Source: an uncultured Chloroflexota bacterium (GTDB lineage Bacteria > Chloroflexota > Limnocylindria > Limnocylindrales > Limnocylindraceae). From it: 39,806 nt of DNA. Below the pieces are notes generated by a model. That model had not been told where the DNA came from. It did no database searches and was given only the letters and a program-made list of their open reading frames with translations. Each line of letters starts with the position of its first letter. Positions within the stretch are counted from its first letter, which is position 1. The stretch covers positions 1 through 39,806 of the forward strand of contig CAJARA010000034.1 of the NCBI GenBank assembly GCA_903944295.1, read 5' to 3'. The translations under genes and the position numbers were made by a program. Below are positions 1 through 8,709 of the stretch, in pieces.

Positions 1-2076
1 GAAGGTGATGTCATCCCTGAACCAGCCGGCGAAGTCGTAGCCGGTGCGTGTCGGATCGCTCGGGGCGGTGATGGCAGCGTCGCCATAGGTGTAACTCGGG
101 TCTTCGCCACCCGCGAGGGTGCCATCATTGGCGTCGTAGGTAATGGCGTAGACGGCCAACTCCTCGCCTGCGGCGAACGGAGAGAAGGAGCTCACCAAGC
201 CACACACACGTCGCGTAGATTCATCTACCGAACTGGTGACATCAACCCACGTGCCACCGATGAAATGGAAGAGGAGAATGCTTGAACCAGCGTAATACTG
301 AGCTGGATCGTATCCGATGCAGATCTCAACTGAGCCCGTGAAGGTTCCCGTGAAGTCAATATCAACCACACTCGGATTAGTACCAAAGGAGATGTTCCCT
401 TCCGCAGGTTGCTCTGAGAGGACGGCGGTCACTGTGCCACCTCCGCTGATGGCACCGAAGTCAATTGAGATTGGGGTAGGCATTGCTGCGCGATCCGAAG
501 AGGCAATCGTGAGGGGTGGGAGATCAACGCTTGATTCAATCGCGACACTTGAAACGATGAATCCATACGATGCATCGCTTGAATCTGTTGCAAGCGCGTC
601 AGACAGGGTGGCGAGGTTCGAGGTGAAGTTCATGGACGCGTCCCCAGGCTGAACCGAATCTCCCCACCAGGTACCCGTGCCGGTAATCACCTCATCAATA
701 GAAAGCGGTGCACCCGAGTAAGAGAGGTGAGCAACGGTGACGCCTGCGTTGTCAATGATCGCGTTGCTGGAAAAGAGCAGGCTTGCGCGACTGGCAAAAC
801 CTGGGTTCTCCACGAGGCGAATAGCGCTGGAGGCTGCATGAACTCCGCCGTTTCCCTTAACAAGATTCTGCACAAAAGTTGCATGGACGGGGGCGACCCC
901 TTCTATTCCAGAGGTGAGCTCAATACCCACGATTCCATTGTCCGTAAAGTCGTTATTTGAGAACGTCGCGTTCCCTTCATTTACCTCAAGACCGACATAT
1001 CGATTCAGGGAGATATCATTCCCGTTGACCTCAACCGACGAGTCAATCTTTCTCACTCTGGTGTAGACACCCCAGTCGTTATCTTGGAAGATGCTCGAGC
1101 TGATATAAACATGCATTGCAGGCACCACACCAGCACGATCGTAGATCAGCAGACCTCCAGAGGTGAACCCTGTAAAGCCACAGCTCGCTACATCACACTG
1201 GTTGCCACGCGAAGTTACTCCGTGCAACGTTGCGTCCGCACCGATGATCGTTATGCCATTCATTGCGATCGCGCTGTTCATCCCAGCGAGTTGATCTCCC
1301 TCGACTAGAGAGTCTGAAAGGTTGAGGGTTGCTACGGCGCCCAGCGCGCCTGATCCGCCAGACGCGAAGATGCCTGACTTTTGATATCTGAGCACGTGGA
1401 TATTGGTCGCGCTGAGTGTGGATGCGGGTCCAACCCACACGGCGCGACCCTGCTGGGCACCCCAGCTTCCTGAATTCGCTTGGTTGATGTTGGTAACGGT
1501 GAGGTTGCTGATGGTTGCTGTCGCGCCACCATGCACGACGAGGCCAAAGAACTCGCTCCTTCCGCTCGCAGGCATGCCGCTCAGGGGACCTGCGCCATCC
1601 CAATCTCCGTCAATGGTGAGTTCGCTGATCGTCACATTGGCGACGGCACCGCAGATGTCAACGATGGCGACAGAATTGCCGTAATTGGCTAGATCTGTCC
1701 CACAGACTGGGGCAAGCACCGCTGGGCTGCTAATGATCGTGATGAGCTCGCCTGCGCCAGTGAGCGTGAGCTCTTTGGAGATCGTGACCTGTTCTGGCCA
1801 GGTACCGGCGCCGATGCAGATCTGCTCTCCTGGGGAGGCGGCAGTCACTGCGGCGCCGATCGTTGCGTATTCAGGGGGAGTTGCGGTGAGGTTTTCGATT
1901 CCCGTAACGTTGCGATCAGCGCTTACGCAGGTAACAGCCTGGGCGGTTGCCTGTGGATAGGCGGCGCTCACTCCGAGGAGTGATGCGAGCATGATGGCGG
2001 AGGTGGCCAGCGAGGTGAGGAAGCGGCTCCTCTTGGGCTGGCCTGTCGTTTGCTTAGCTGAACGGAGTGTTGCCAT
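1..2076 (-). CDS. Secreted parallel beta-helix repeat protein with a C-terminal Listeria-Bacteroides (InlB B-repeat-like) repeat. The 3' end runs off the window.
   Basis: Absent from the ORF track because it has no stop in the window. The reverse frame is open from ATG 2076-2074 (GAGGGGG SD just upstream) down to position 1, and the previous in-frame stop is at 2092-2094. The N-terminus MATLRSAKQTTGQPKRSRFLTSLATSAIMLASLLGVSAAYPQATAQA looks like a signal peptide. Repeated turns such as ISNLTVTN, GNDISLN, FSNNDFTDNG and FSSNAIIDN fit a beta-helix. The last residues, YAITYDANDGTLAGG...PTRTGYDFAGWF, match the YxxxFDxNGG...GYxFxGW repeat. Confidence 0.7.
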   Translation of the reverse strand, partial: MATLRSAKQTTGQPKRSRFLTSLATSAIMLASLLGVSAAYPQATAQAVTCVSADRNVTGIENLTATPPEYATIGAAVTAASPGEQICIGAGTWPEQVTISKELTLTGAGELITIISSPAVLAPVCGTDLANYGNSVAIVDICGAVANVTISELTIDGDWDGAGPLSGMPASGRSEFFGLVVHGGATATISNLTVTNINQANSGSWGAQQGRAVWVGPASTLSATNIHVLRYQKSGIFASGGSGALGAVATLNLSDSLVEGDQLAGMNSAIAMNGITIIGADATLHGVTSRGNQCDVASCGFTGFTSGGLLIYDRAGVVPAMHVYISSSIFQDNDWGVYTRVRKIDSSVEVNGNDISLNRYVGLEVNEGNATFSNNDFTDNGIVGIELTSGIEGVAPVHATFVQNLVKGNGGVHAASSAIRLVENPGFASRASLLFSSNAIIDNAGVTVAHLSYSGAPLSIDEVITGTGTWWGDSVQPGDASMNFTSNLATLSDALATDSSDASYGFIVSSVAIESSVDLPPLTIASSDRAAMPTPISIDFGAISGGGTVTAVLSEQPAEGNISFGTNPSVVDIDFTGTFTGSVEICIGYDPAQYYAGSSILLFHFIGGTWVDVTSSVDESTRRVCGLVSSFSPFAAGEELAVYAITYDANDGTLAGGEDPSYTYGDAAITAPSDPTRTGYDFAGWFRDDITF

Positions 2077-2209
2077 GGTGTACCCCCTCGGCTCCTACGA
2101 CCTCTGGCGGCGCCAGAGAGCCAGGCTGCCTTGCACACCTTGGGTCATGTGTAGCATTAAACGTGGAGAATATCCATCTCTGATCTCGGCGCGGCGATAT
2201 GCCGAGGAG

Positions 2210-2215
2210 TAGAAT
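2210..2215 (+). promoter_or_regulatory. Candidate -10 box (TAGAAT) for bioY
   Basis: TAGAAT lies 27 nt upstream of ATG 2243, and a GGGAGG SD sits at 2232-2237. No convincing -35 box. Confidence 0.3.
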
Positions 2216-2242
2216 GAGGCAAGCAGAGAGAGGGAGGCCTTA

Positions 2243-2929
2243 ATGCAGATCAGGCGATCGATGCCAGCGGTGGCGCGGATTCCGGCGGCGGAGCACGGCG
2301 TGACGCTCGGCGACTTCTTCTTCCCCGTCTTCCTCGGCGAGCGCCTTGGATCACGGTTGCAGGGACTCGCCCTCGCGGTGGTCGGCGCGTTAATTATTGG
2401 TGCGGCGGCACAGGTAGTCATCCCGCTCCCTGGCACACCAGTCCCGATCACGGGACAGACCTTTGGCGTCCTCCTCGTTGGCGCGGCGCTCGGTGCCCGA
2501 CGCAGCGTGGCATCGCTCGGCCTCTATCTGGCGCTCGGCGTGATCGGCGCACCACTCTTCAAGTCTGGCGGTCACGGAATCGAGCAGTTTGCAGTCAGTG
2601 GGGCTGACGGCGCACTCGCGCTAGCGCCAACCGGTGGCTATCTCATCGGGATGCTCTTCGCCGCCTGGCTTGTTGGGCGACTCGCCGACCTCGGCTGGGA
2701 TCGCAGCGTGGTCGGCACGGTCGGCGCGATGCTGATCGGCAATCTCATCATCTATGCGTTCGGTGTGAGCTGGCTCTCTGCTGCACTGCAGATCGACCTC
2801 GGCGACGCCATCGGTAAGGGGGCGACGCCGTTCCTCATTGGTGATGCGATCAAGATCGCGCTCGCAGCCGGGATCTTTCCGAGCGCCTGGTGGTACGTCA
2901 ACAACGGCCGCAGCGCCGGTCCGCGCTGA
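2243..2929 (+). CDS. bioY: BioY-family biotin transporter (ECF S component)
   Basis: Multi-pass membrane protein carrying the BioY-like motif PITGQTFGVLLVGAALG and the downstream GGYLIG...FL.GD pattern. An SD precedes the ATG. Confidence 0.8.
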   Translation: MQIRRSMPAVARIPAAEHGVTLGDFFFPVFLGERLGSRLQGLALAVVGALIIGAAAQVVIPLPGTPVPITGQTFGVLLVGAALGARRSVASLGLYLALGVIGAPLFKSGGHGIEQFAVSGADGALALAPTGGYLIGMLFAAWLVGRLADLGWDRSVVGTVGAMLIGNLIIYAFGVSWLSAALQIDLGDAIGKGATPFLIGDAIKIALAAGIFPSAWWYVNNGRSAGPR

Positions 2930-2960
2930 GCCGTCGCGCCGTCCGCGCGGTGGCTGCGCA

Positions 2961-4415
2961 ATGACTCCTCAGCGCGGCGCACTCCTCTCGATTGATCTTG
3001 GCAGCACCGCCGTCAAGGTCCTCATTGCTGATGCGGAGAGTGGACGCCCACTTGCGCTGACGCGACGCTCCAGCGGCACCGCGCTGGGCTCAGCGAGTGG
3101 CGCTGTTGAGCAAGATCCGAACGTCTGGTGGGAGGCGATCCGTTCGGCGGTCGGCGAAGCGCTCAAGGCCGCGGGACCTGCGGTTGAGATTCTTGGAATC
3201 GCCGCCGATGGGCATGGGCCGACGCTCGTTCCGGTGCGAGAAAATGGGAGCGCGGCGAGTGCGGCGATGCTCTGGGGCGATCGTCGCGCCGCTGAAGATG
3301 ATGCGCAGCTTACGGCACTCTTAGGTCGATCTGGCTGGCTGCTCGCCGAGCTCCCGAAAGCGCGCTGGTTTTTGCGTGAGCGTGCAGCGGCGGCGAAGGA
3401 GACCGCCTGGCTCCTCTCAACATGGGATGCGCTCGCCTTTCGCCTGAGCGGCGAGGCGGTCGCCTCGTTCTGGGATCCGGCTCGCTCGCTCTCCCCTTCG
3501 CAACGCGCGCTCCTGCTGAGCGAAGCGGGCGGACTCGACGAGCGTGCACTCCCGCCTGAGGTGTTTCCTGGGACGCGCATTGGCGCACTTCGTCCGCTTG
3601 CTGCGAGCGATCTTGGGTTACCGATCGGCATCCCAATTGTTTCGGGGACTAATGACGGGATGGCGGCGGTGATTGGCGCTGGGCTGATGCATCTGGCGCG
3701 CGGCGTTGATGTTGGTGGCGCCGCTGGTGGCGTTGGCATCTCAGTTGAACGAGCGACCGCCGAACGCATCACTTTGGAGGTTGGGGGTGCGCTCTGGTCT
3801 GGTCCCGCGCCAGCCTCATTCGGCGAGGCTCGCATCTTGGGCGGCGCACTGGGCGGGACCGGCCTCCTCCTTGACACCACGATCAGTGAATCGATTGCGC
3901 AGGGGAGTGATCCAGGCGCACTCATTGATGCCGTTGCCGCACTGCCGCTCGGCGCTGATGGTGTGCGCGTTGAGCGGGACGGCGAAGCGGTGCGGTTCAT
4001 CGGGGCAAGCGATAGTCGCGGCGATGCGCACCGCGTCCGCGCCGTCATGGAGTACGGAGCGCTCGCCGTTGCGGCGCTGCTAGCACCTGCACGTGGTGCG
4101 GGACTTCCGCTGAGCGAGATGTGGCTCTCTGGCCCGGCGACCGGCGCAACGAGCGGTCTCTATGCTGCACAGCTCAGCGTTCCGAGAGGGATCCCGCAGA
4201 TGCGCGCCGATCTACTCGGAGTGCCAGTGGTGCTGCCGCGCATCCCTGAGGCGGCGGCAGCGGGGAGCGCTGCGCTCGCTGGACTCGGTGCTGGCCTCTA
4301 CGCATCGCTGAGTGAGGCGGCGGAACTGATCGCTGTGGCCGAGGAGCGTATTGAGCCGAACCCAGGGAGTGCCGCTGTGGCGACGAGCCTGTTGGAGCAG
4401 TTCAGGCGCGCGTAG
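2961..4415 (+). CDS. FGGY-family carbohydrate kinase (xylulokinase/glycerol-kinase-like)
   Basis: The N-terminus MTPQRGALLSIDLGSTAVKVLIAD is the FGGY phosphate-1 motif. Also present: MLWGDRRA and VSGTNDGMAAVIGAG. I start at ATG 2961 rather than the track's 2838, which would overlap bioY with an Arg/Ser-rich extension. Confidence 0.75.
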   Translation: MTPQRGALLSIDLGSTAVKVLIADAESGRPLALTRRSSGTALGSASGAVEQDPNVWWEAIRSAVGEALKAAGPAVEILGIAADGHGPTLVPVRENGSAASAAMLWGDRRAAEDDAQLTALLGRSGWLLAELPKARWFLRERAAAAKETAWLLSTWDALAFRLSGEAVASFWDPARSLSPSQRALLLSEAGGLDERALPPEVFPGTRIGALRPLAASDLGLPIGIPIVSGTNDGMAAVIGAGLMHLARGVDVGGAAGGVGISVERATAERITLEVGGALWSGPAPASFGEARILGGALGGTGLLLDTTISESIAQGSDPGALIDAVAALPLGADGVRVERDGEAVRFIGASDSRGDAHRVRAVMEYGALAVAALLAPARGAGLPLSEMWLSGPATGATSGLYAAQLSVPRGIPQMRADLLGVPVVLPRIPEAAAAGSAALAGLGAGLYASLSEAAELIAVAEERIEPNPGSAAVATSLLEQFRRA

Positions 4416-4420
4416 CTCGG

Positions 4421-4438
4421 CACGCGCGCTAGCGCGTG
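4421..4438. terminator. Small hairpin between convergent genes (possible bidirectional terminator)
   Basis: CACGCGC-gcta-GCGCGTG, a 7-bp stem with a 4-nt loop, in the 34-bp gap between the kinase stop (4415) and the ABC ATPase stop (4450). No U-tract. Confidence 0.3.
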
Positions 4439-4449
4439 ATCGCTTGGGG

Positions 4450-5544
4450 CTAGGCCTTCGACTTCGCCTTGGAAGAAGCCGCCGCTGCGGTGCGTCCAAC
4501 TTTCGTGGTTGCGGCGGCACCGTCCTCGAGTGGGAAGTGGCAGGCCACGGCAACGTCAAGGTCGCGCGGCGACGCGGCGAGTGCAGGCTCTTCTGTAGCG
4601 CAGCGCTCTGGGTTGCCGAGCTGTTCACGCAGCCAGCATCGGGTCCGGAATCGGCAACCAGATGGTGGGCTGATTGGCGATGGAATCTCGCCTTCAAGGA
4701 TCAGTCGGTCGGCGGTGTCGTGCGCCTCAATCTTCGGCACCGCTGAGAGGAGGGCGATTGTGTACGGATGTTGTGGTTTGGTGAAGACGTGATCCACAGG
4801 GCCAGACTCCACCACCTTACCGAGATACATCACCGCGACGCGATCGGCGAAGTAGCCAACCACATCAAGGTTATGGCTGATGAACATGTAGGTGAGCCCC
4901 TGCTTCGTGCGGAGGTCGGCGAGTAGGTTCAGTACCTGGCTCTGAATGGAGACGTCGAGGGCAGAGACGGGCTCGTCAAGTACCACGAACTCGGGGTCAA
5001 GGGCGAGTGCACGCGCAATGCCAATGCGCTGCCGCTGTCCGCCAGAGAACTCGTGCGGATAGCGCACCGCATACTCGGCGGGGAGCCCAACGAGTTCAAG
5101 CGCGGAGTGCATACGATCTTTTCGCTCAGACGGAGTCCCCATCGCGTGTGCAACGAGGCCCTCTTCAATCTGGTCGCCGATTGGGAGGCGTGGATTGAGC
5201 GAGCCGAATGGATCCTGGAAGACGATCTGCATCTTGCGGCGCAGCTTCCGCTGCTCCTCTGCACTGCGATCGGTGAGACGTACACCGTCAAACCAGACTT
5301 CGCCAGCGGTCGGCTTCTGCAGGCCGAGCGCAACGCGTCCAAGCGTCGTCTTCCCGGATCCCGACTCACCAACGATCGCGAGCGTCTCGCCACGAGCAAT
5401 CGTGAGATCTACACCATCAACCGCCTTCACCGTCTTCCGCTTCTGGATTAGCGGGATGGCGCTGCCGATCGGGAAGTGCTTCTTCAGGCCGCGGAGTTCA
5501 AGCAGGTTGGCCGACGTACCGGAAGCGGCGCGCTTCTCGCTCAC
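4450..5544 (-). CDS. Peptide/nickel-type ABC transporter ATP-binding protein (OppF/DppF-like)
   Basis: Walker A GESGSGKTT, signature FSGGQRQR, Walker B VLDEP, and the C-terminal oligopeptide-type CRFRTRC motif. The GTG start overlaps the upstream TGA (GTGA at 5541-5544). Confidence 0.92.
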   Translation of the reverse strand: MSEKRAASGTSANLLELRGLKKHFPIGSAIPLIQKRKTVKAVDGVDLTIARGETLAIVGESGSGKTTLGRVALGLQKPTAGEVWFDGVRLTDRSAEEQRKLRRKMQIVFQDPFGSLNPRLPIGDQIEEGLVAHAMGTPSERKDRMHSALELVGLPAEYAVRYPHEFSGGQRQRIGIARALALDPEFVVLDEPVSALDVSIQSQVLNLLADLRTKQGLTYMFISHNLDVVGYFADRVAVMYLGKVVESGPVDHVFTKPQHPYTIALLSAVPKIEAHDTADRLILEGEIPSPISPPSGCRFRTRCWLREQLGNPERCATEEPALAASPRDLDVAVACHFPLEDGAAATTKVGRTAAAASSKAKSKA

Positions 5545-6539
5545 TTCGCACCTCCCGCAATCTCATCAGCGCGGACGCAGCGGACGGAGCGGTCGTTACC
5601 GCGTGCGTCAAGGCTCGGCATCGTCTGAGCGCACGCCTTCACCGCAAAGCGGCAGCGTGGGTGGAAGCGGCAGCCGCTCGGGAAGTTTGCAGGCGACGGG
5701 ACGGCACCCTGAATCGTGGAGAGGCCCTTCCCACGACGCTCGTATGACGGGATCGAGGCGATCAGGTCGAGTGCGTAGGGGCTTGCTGGAGTGCGCAGCA
5801 CTTCGCGTGCGGGGCCCTCTTCAACGATCTGCCCCGCGTACATCACGGCGATGCGATCGGCGGTCTCAGCGACAACGCCAAGATCGTGAGTGATCAGCAT
5901 CAGTGCTGTGCCGCGCTCCTTGGTCGCGCGGCGGAGAAGATCGAGCACCTGCGCCTGGATCGTCACATCAAGGGCGGTGGTCGGCTCGTCGGCGATGATC
6001 AGCTCTGGTTCGCCAGCGAGCGCCATGGCGATCATCGCGCGCTGGCGCATGCCGCCTGAGAGTTGATGTGGGTACTGCTTGACGCGCTGCGGCGCCTGCG
6101 CAATCTCCACAAGTTCGAGATATTCGATCGCCTTCTTATTCGCCTCGCGCCAACCTGCGCGGCCGTGCGCCACCAGCACTTCGGCAATCTGCTCGCCAAT
6201 GGTGGTGACGGGGTTGAGTGCGGAGAGCGGCTCCTGGAAGATCATCGAGATGCCGCCGCCCCGAATCTTGCGCATGTACGACTCTGGCTTACCGAGCAGC
6301 TCCTCGCCGCGGAAGAGGACGGAGCCGGTGACAACGGATTGATCCTTGACGAGGAGGCCGATCGTGGCGAGCGCAGAGACGCTCTTCCCAGAGCCCGACT
6401 CGCCAACCACGGCGAGACACTCGCCCTTGCCGATGGAGAAGGAGACGTTCTCCACCACCTTGATCACGCCTGCGGCGGTCTTGAAGGAGATGTTGAGGTC
6501 CTTCACCTCAATTACCGGTGCCCCCTTCGACCCGCTCAC
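5541..6539 (-). CDS. Peptide/nickel-type ABC transporter ATP-binding protein (OppD/DppD-like)
   Basis: GESGSGKS, LSGGMRQR, IIADEPTTALD and C-terminal CRFHPRC. GTGA overlap with the upstream permease at 6536-6539. Confidence 0.92.
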   Translation of the reverse strand: MSGSKGAPVIEVKDLNISFKTAAGVIKVVENVSFSIGKGECLAVVGESGSGKSVSALATIGLLVKDQSVVTGSVLFRGEELLGKPESYMRKIRGGGISMIFQEPLSALNPVTTIGEQIAEVLVAHGRAGWREANKKAIEYLELVEIAQAPQRVKQYPHQLSGGMRQRAMIAMALAGEPELIIADEPTTALDVTIQAQVLDLLRRATKERGTALMLITHDLGVVAETADRIAVMYAGQIVEEGPAREVLRTPASPYALDLIASIPSYERRGKGLSTIQGAVPSPANFPSGCRFHPRCRFAVKACAQTMPSLDARGNDRSVRCVRADEIAGGAK

Positions 6540-7441
6540 TTGCGACCTCGCGGATCGAGCGCGGAACGGAGCGTGTCACCAATCATGTTTACGGAGAGCG
6601 CCGTGAGTACGATGAAGAGGCCGGGGAATCCGATCCACCACCAGTTCCCCTGCTGAAGGAATTTCGCCGACTCGGAGAGGATGTTCCCCCAGGTTGGGGT
6701 GGCAGGGTTCACGCCGAAACCGAGGTAGCTGATGAAGGCCTCGCTGACGATTGCACCGCCCACGATGAAGGGTGCCGCCACGACGAGCGGACCGATCGCG
6801 TTCGGGAGGATGTGCCGAAGCGCAATGCGGAGTGGCGGAACGCCAAGGGCACGCGCCGCCTCAACGAACTCCATCTCGCGAATCGCCAGCACCTGGCCGC
6901 GAACAAGGCGTGCAAGCCCCATCCAACCGAAGCCAACAAAGACGATGACGAGTGACCAGACGCCGCCGCCCCCCTCGCCCTGAAAGATGCGGGCAAGGAA
7001 GAGGATGACAAAGAGCGAAGGGATCATCAGGAAGACGTCGGCGAGGCGCATCAGGAACGAATCAACCTTGCCGCCAATAAATCCTGCAATCACGCCGACG
7101 AAGGTGCCGATGGTGATGGAGCCGATCGCCGTGGCGAATCCGATAATCAGCGAAGTGCGACCGCCGTTGGCGACGAGCGTCATGACATCAAGCTGCAACA
7201 TCCCCGTCTCACCAAACGGCCGACCCCAAGCTGGCGGCCTACCGACAAAGTTGATGACGTCGGGCTGCGGAACCTCATAGAAGTCGTAGGGGAGGAGGAG
7301 CGACCCGAGCACAACAAATAGGAAGATGCCGATCAGGACCGCGAGGCCGGCTGGTCCCATGCGCGTCTGCATGAAGCGCTTCCGCGCCTGCTGCCACGGG
7401 CTCTCGGAGACGGGGAGGCGATCCTGCACAGCGCCGCTCAC
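6536..7441 (-). CDS. ABC transporter permease (OppC/DppC-like)
   Basis: Six-TM BPD-type permease containing the EAA-like loop FVEAARALGVPPLRIALRHILPN. GTGA overlap at 7438-7441. Confidence 0.9.
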   Translation of the reverse strand: MSGAVQDRLPVSESPWQQARKRFMQTRMGPAGLAVLIGIFLFVVLGSLLLPYDFYEVPQPDVINFVGRPPAWGRPFGETGMLQLDVMTLVANGGRTSLIIGFATAIGSITIGTFVGVIAGFIGGKVDSFLMRLADVFLMIPSLFVILFLARIFQGEGGGGVWSLVIVFVGFGWMGLARLVRGQVLAIREMEFVEAARALGVPPLRIALRHILPNAIGPLVVAAPFIVGGAIVSEAFISYLGFGVNPATPTWGNILSESAKFLQQGNWWWIGFPGLFIVLTALSVNMIGDTLRSALDPRGRK

Positions 7442-8532
7442 AGGCGAATCCTCGGATCAAGGGCGGCGTAGAGGAGATCGGAGATCAGGTTGCCAATGGC
7501 AACAGCGGCGGCGCCAATTGAGAGGATTCCCATCAGCAGCGGGTAGTCAAGGTTGCCGATCGCAATCAGAGTCAGCCGTCCGACCCCTGGCCAGCTGAAG
7601 ATCGTCTCCGTAATCAGGGCGCCCGAGACAAGGAATGGGAAGGCAAGCCCGATGTTCGTGGCGAATGGGATGAGTCCAGTGCGCAAGATGTGGCGGCGAT
7701 TGATGCGCAGGCTGCTGAGTCCCTTTGAACGAGCGGTGCGCACATGCTCCATCCCCATGGACTCCATCACGCTCTGTCGGACGTAGCGCGCATCACCTGC
7801 CACGCTGATCAGCACGAGCGTTGTGACTGGCAAGATGAGGTGACGTGCGAGGTCGGCGATTGCGGTGCTTGGGCTATACGCGAAGTATTGCCAGTACTCG
7901 TTACTGCCGAAGGCGGGGGAGAGTCGACCATCCGTCATGCCGCTGACTGGCGTGAGTCCAAGGCCTACGGAGAATATAGAGATGAGGGCGAATCCGAGGA
8001 TGAAGGTTGGAAACGCGGCGGTGACGTAGGTGAAGACGCTAAACACGTTGTCGAAGAGACCGCCGTTTCGAAGTGCGGTGATCACGCCAAGGATAACGGC
8101 GAGTGAGAGCCAGAGGGCGGCGGAGAGACCGGCCAAGATCAGGGTGGGAAGCAGCGCGCCACTGATGCGCTCAATCACGGCGTTGCCGTTCTCATAGCTG
8201 TAGCCAAAGTCACCGTGCACGATGCCACTCTCAACACCCGAGAGGAAGCTTGGGAAGATGCTTGGGAAGCCAGTCGGTCCAATTAGCGCCTCAACTCCAT
8301 CGGTGTCACGGCGGCATGCGCCGAGCCAGCGGCAGTACTGAACAGGGACCGGTTTATCTAGACCAAGCGCCTTCACATACGCCTGCTGTTGCTGCGGTGT
8401 GAAGCGGGGATTGTTCGCGTACTTCTGCTCTGGCCCGCCAGGGGCGGCAAGGAGAAGCGCGTAGATGAAGACGGTGGTGCCCAGCAAGATGAGGAGGCTG
8501 GCGCCAATCCTGCGCAGTGCAAACTTGAGCAT
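7438..8532 (-). CDS. ABC transporter permease (OppB/DppB-like)
   Basis: Starts MLKFALRRIG (typical OppB N-terminus). EAA loop HVRTARSKGLSSLRINRRHILR. A GGAAGGAGGGGG SD precedes ATG 8532. Confidence 0.9.
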   Translation of the reverse strand: MLKFALRRIGASLLILLGTTVFIYALLLAAPGGPEQKYANNPRFTPQQQQAYVKALGLDKPVPVQYCRWLGACRRDTDGVEALIGPTGFPSIFPSFLSGVESGIVHGDFGYSYENGNAVIERISGALLPTLILAGLSAALWLSLAVILGVITALRNGGLFDNVFSVFTYVTAAFPTFILGFALISIFSVGLGLTPVSGMTDGRLSPAFGSNEYWQYFAYSPSTAIADLARHLILPVTTLVLISVAGDARYVRQSVMESMGMEHVRTARSKGLSSLRINRRHILRTGLIPFATNIGLAFPFLVSGALITETIFSWPGVGRLTLIAIGNLDYPLLMGILSIGAAAVAIGNLISDLLYAALDPRIRL

Positions 8533-8568
8533 GCCCCCTCCTTCCTGGTGCCCTGACGTATCTGCCGC

Positions 8569-8574
8569 ATCCTA
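8569..8574 (-). promoter_or_regulatory. Candidate internal -10 box (GC-TAGGAT) for the permease/ATPase genes
   Basis: The minus strand reads GCTAGGAT (8576->8569), 36 nt upstream of ATG 8532. The same GCTAGGAT/GCTAGGCT octamer appears directly upstream of four other starts in this window. Confidence 0.35.
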
Positions 8575-8645
8575 GCCGATTAGCACCTCGCGGCGGCACG
8601 CTCGGCGCGTGCGCGGACCTCCCGCTGCGGTTCTGCCGAGGGAAA

Positions 8646-8679
8646 CAGAAGGGGCGGGACTTTCGTCCCGCCCCTTCTG
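8646..8679 (-). terminator. Perfect 15-bp intercistronic hairpin after the binding-protein gene (attenuator or mRNA-stabiliser)
   Basis: CAGAAGGGGCGGGAC-tttc-GTCCCGCCCCTTCTG. It lies between the SBP stop (8710) and the permease start (8532). No clear U-tract on either strand. Confidence 0.5.
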
Positions 8680-8709
8680 TCAAATCACCCGAAGGTGAAG
8701 AGAACCCGA

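Noticed and set aside
2077-2242. BirA/BioQ-type operator upstream of bioY
   Set aside because: I found no convincing inverted repeat in the divergent intergenic region, only a candidate -10 box.
2838-2960. N-terminal extension of the FGGY kinase overlapping bioY
   Set aside because: It is an Arg/Ser/Pro-rich stretch that overlaps the bioY 3' end in another frame. The conserved FGGY N-terminal motif begins right after ATG 2961.
2969-4048. Long antisense ORF (359 aa) opposite the FGGY kinase. Similar long shadow ORFs include 10352-11011(-), 19414-20286(-), 22434-23207(+), 10986-11858(+) and 5195-5893(+).
   Set aside because: Their translations are Arg/Pro/Ser/Ala-rich and low in complexity, with no motifs. 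Each lies entirely opposite, or out of frame with, a gene that has clear family motifs. This is the typical stop-poor alternative-frame artefact of GC-rich DNA.
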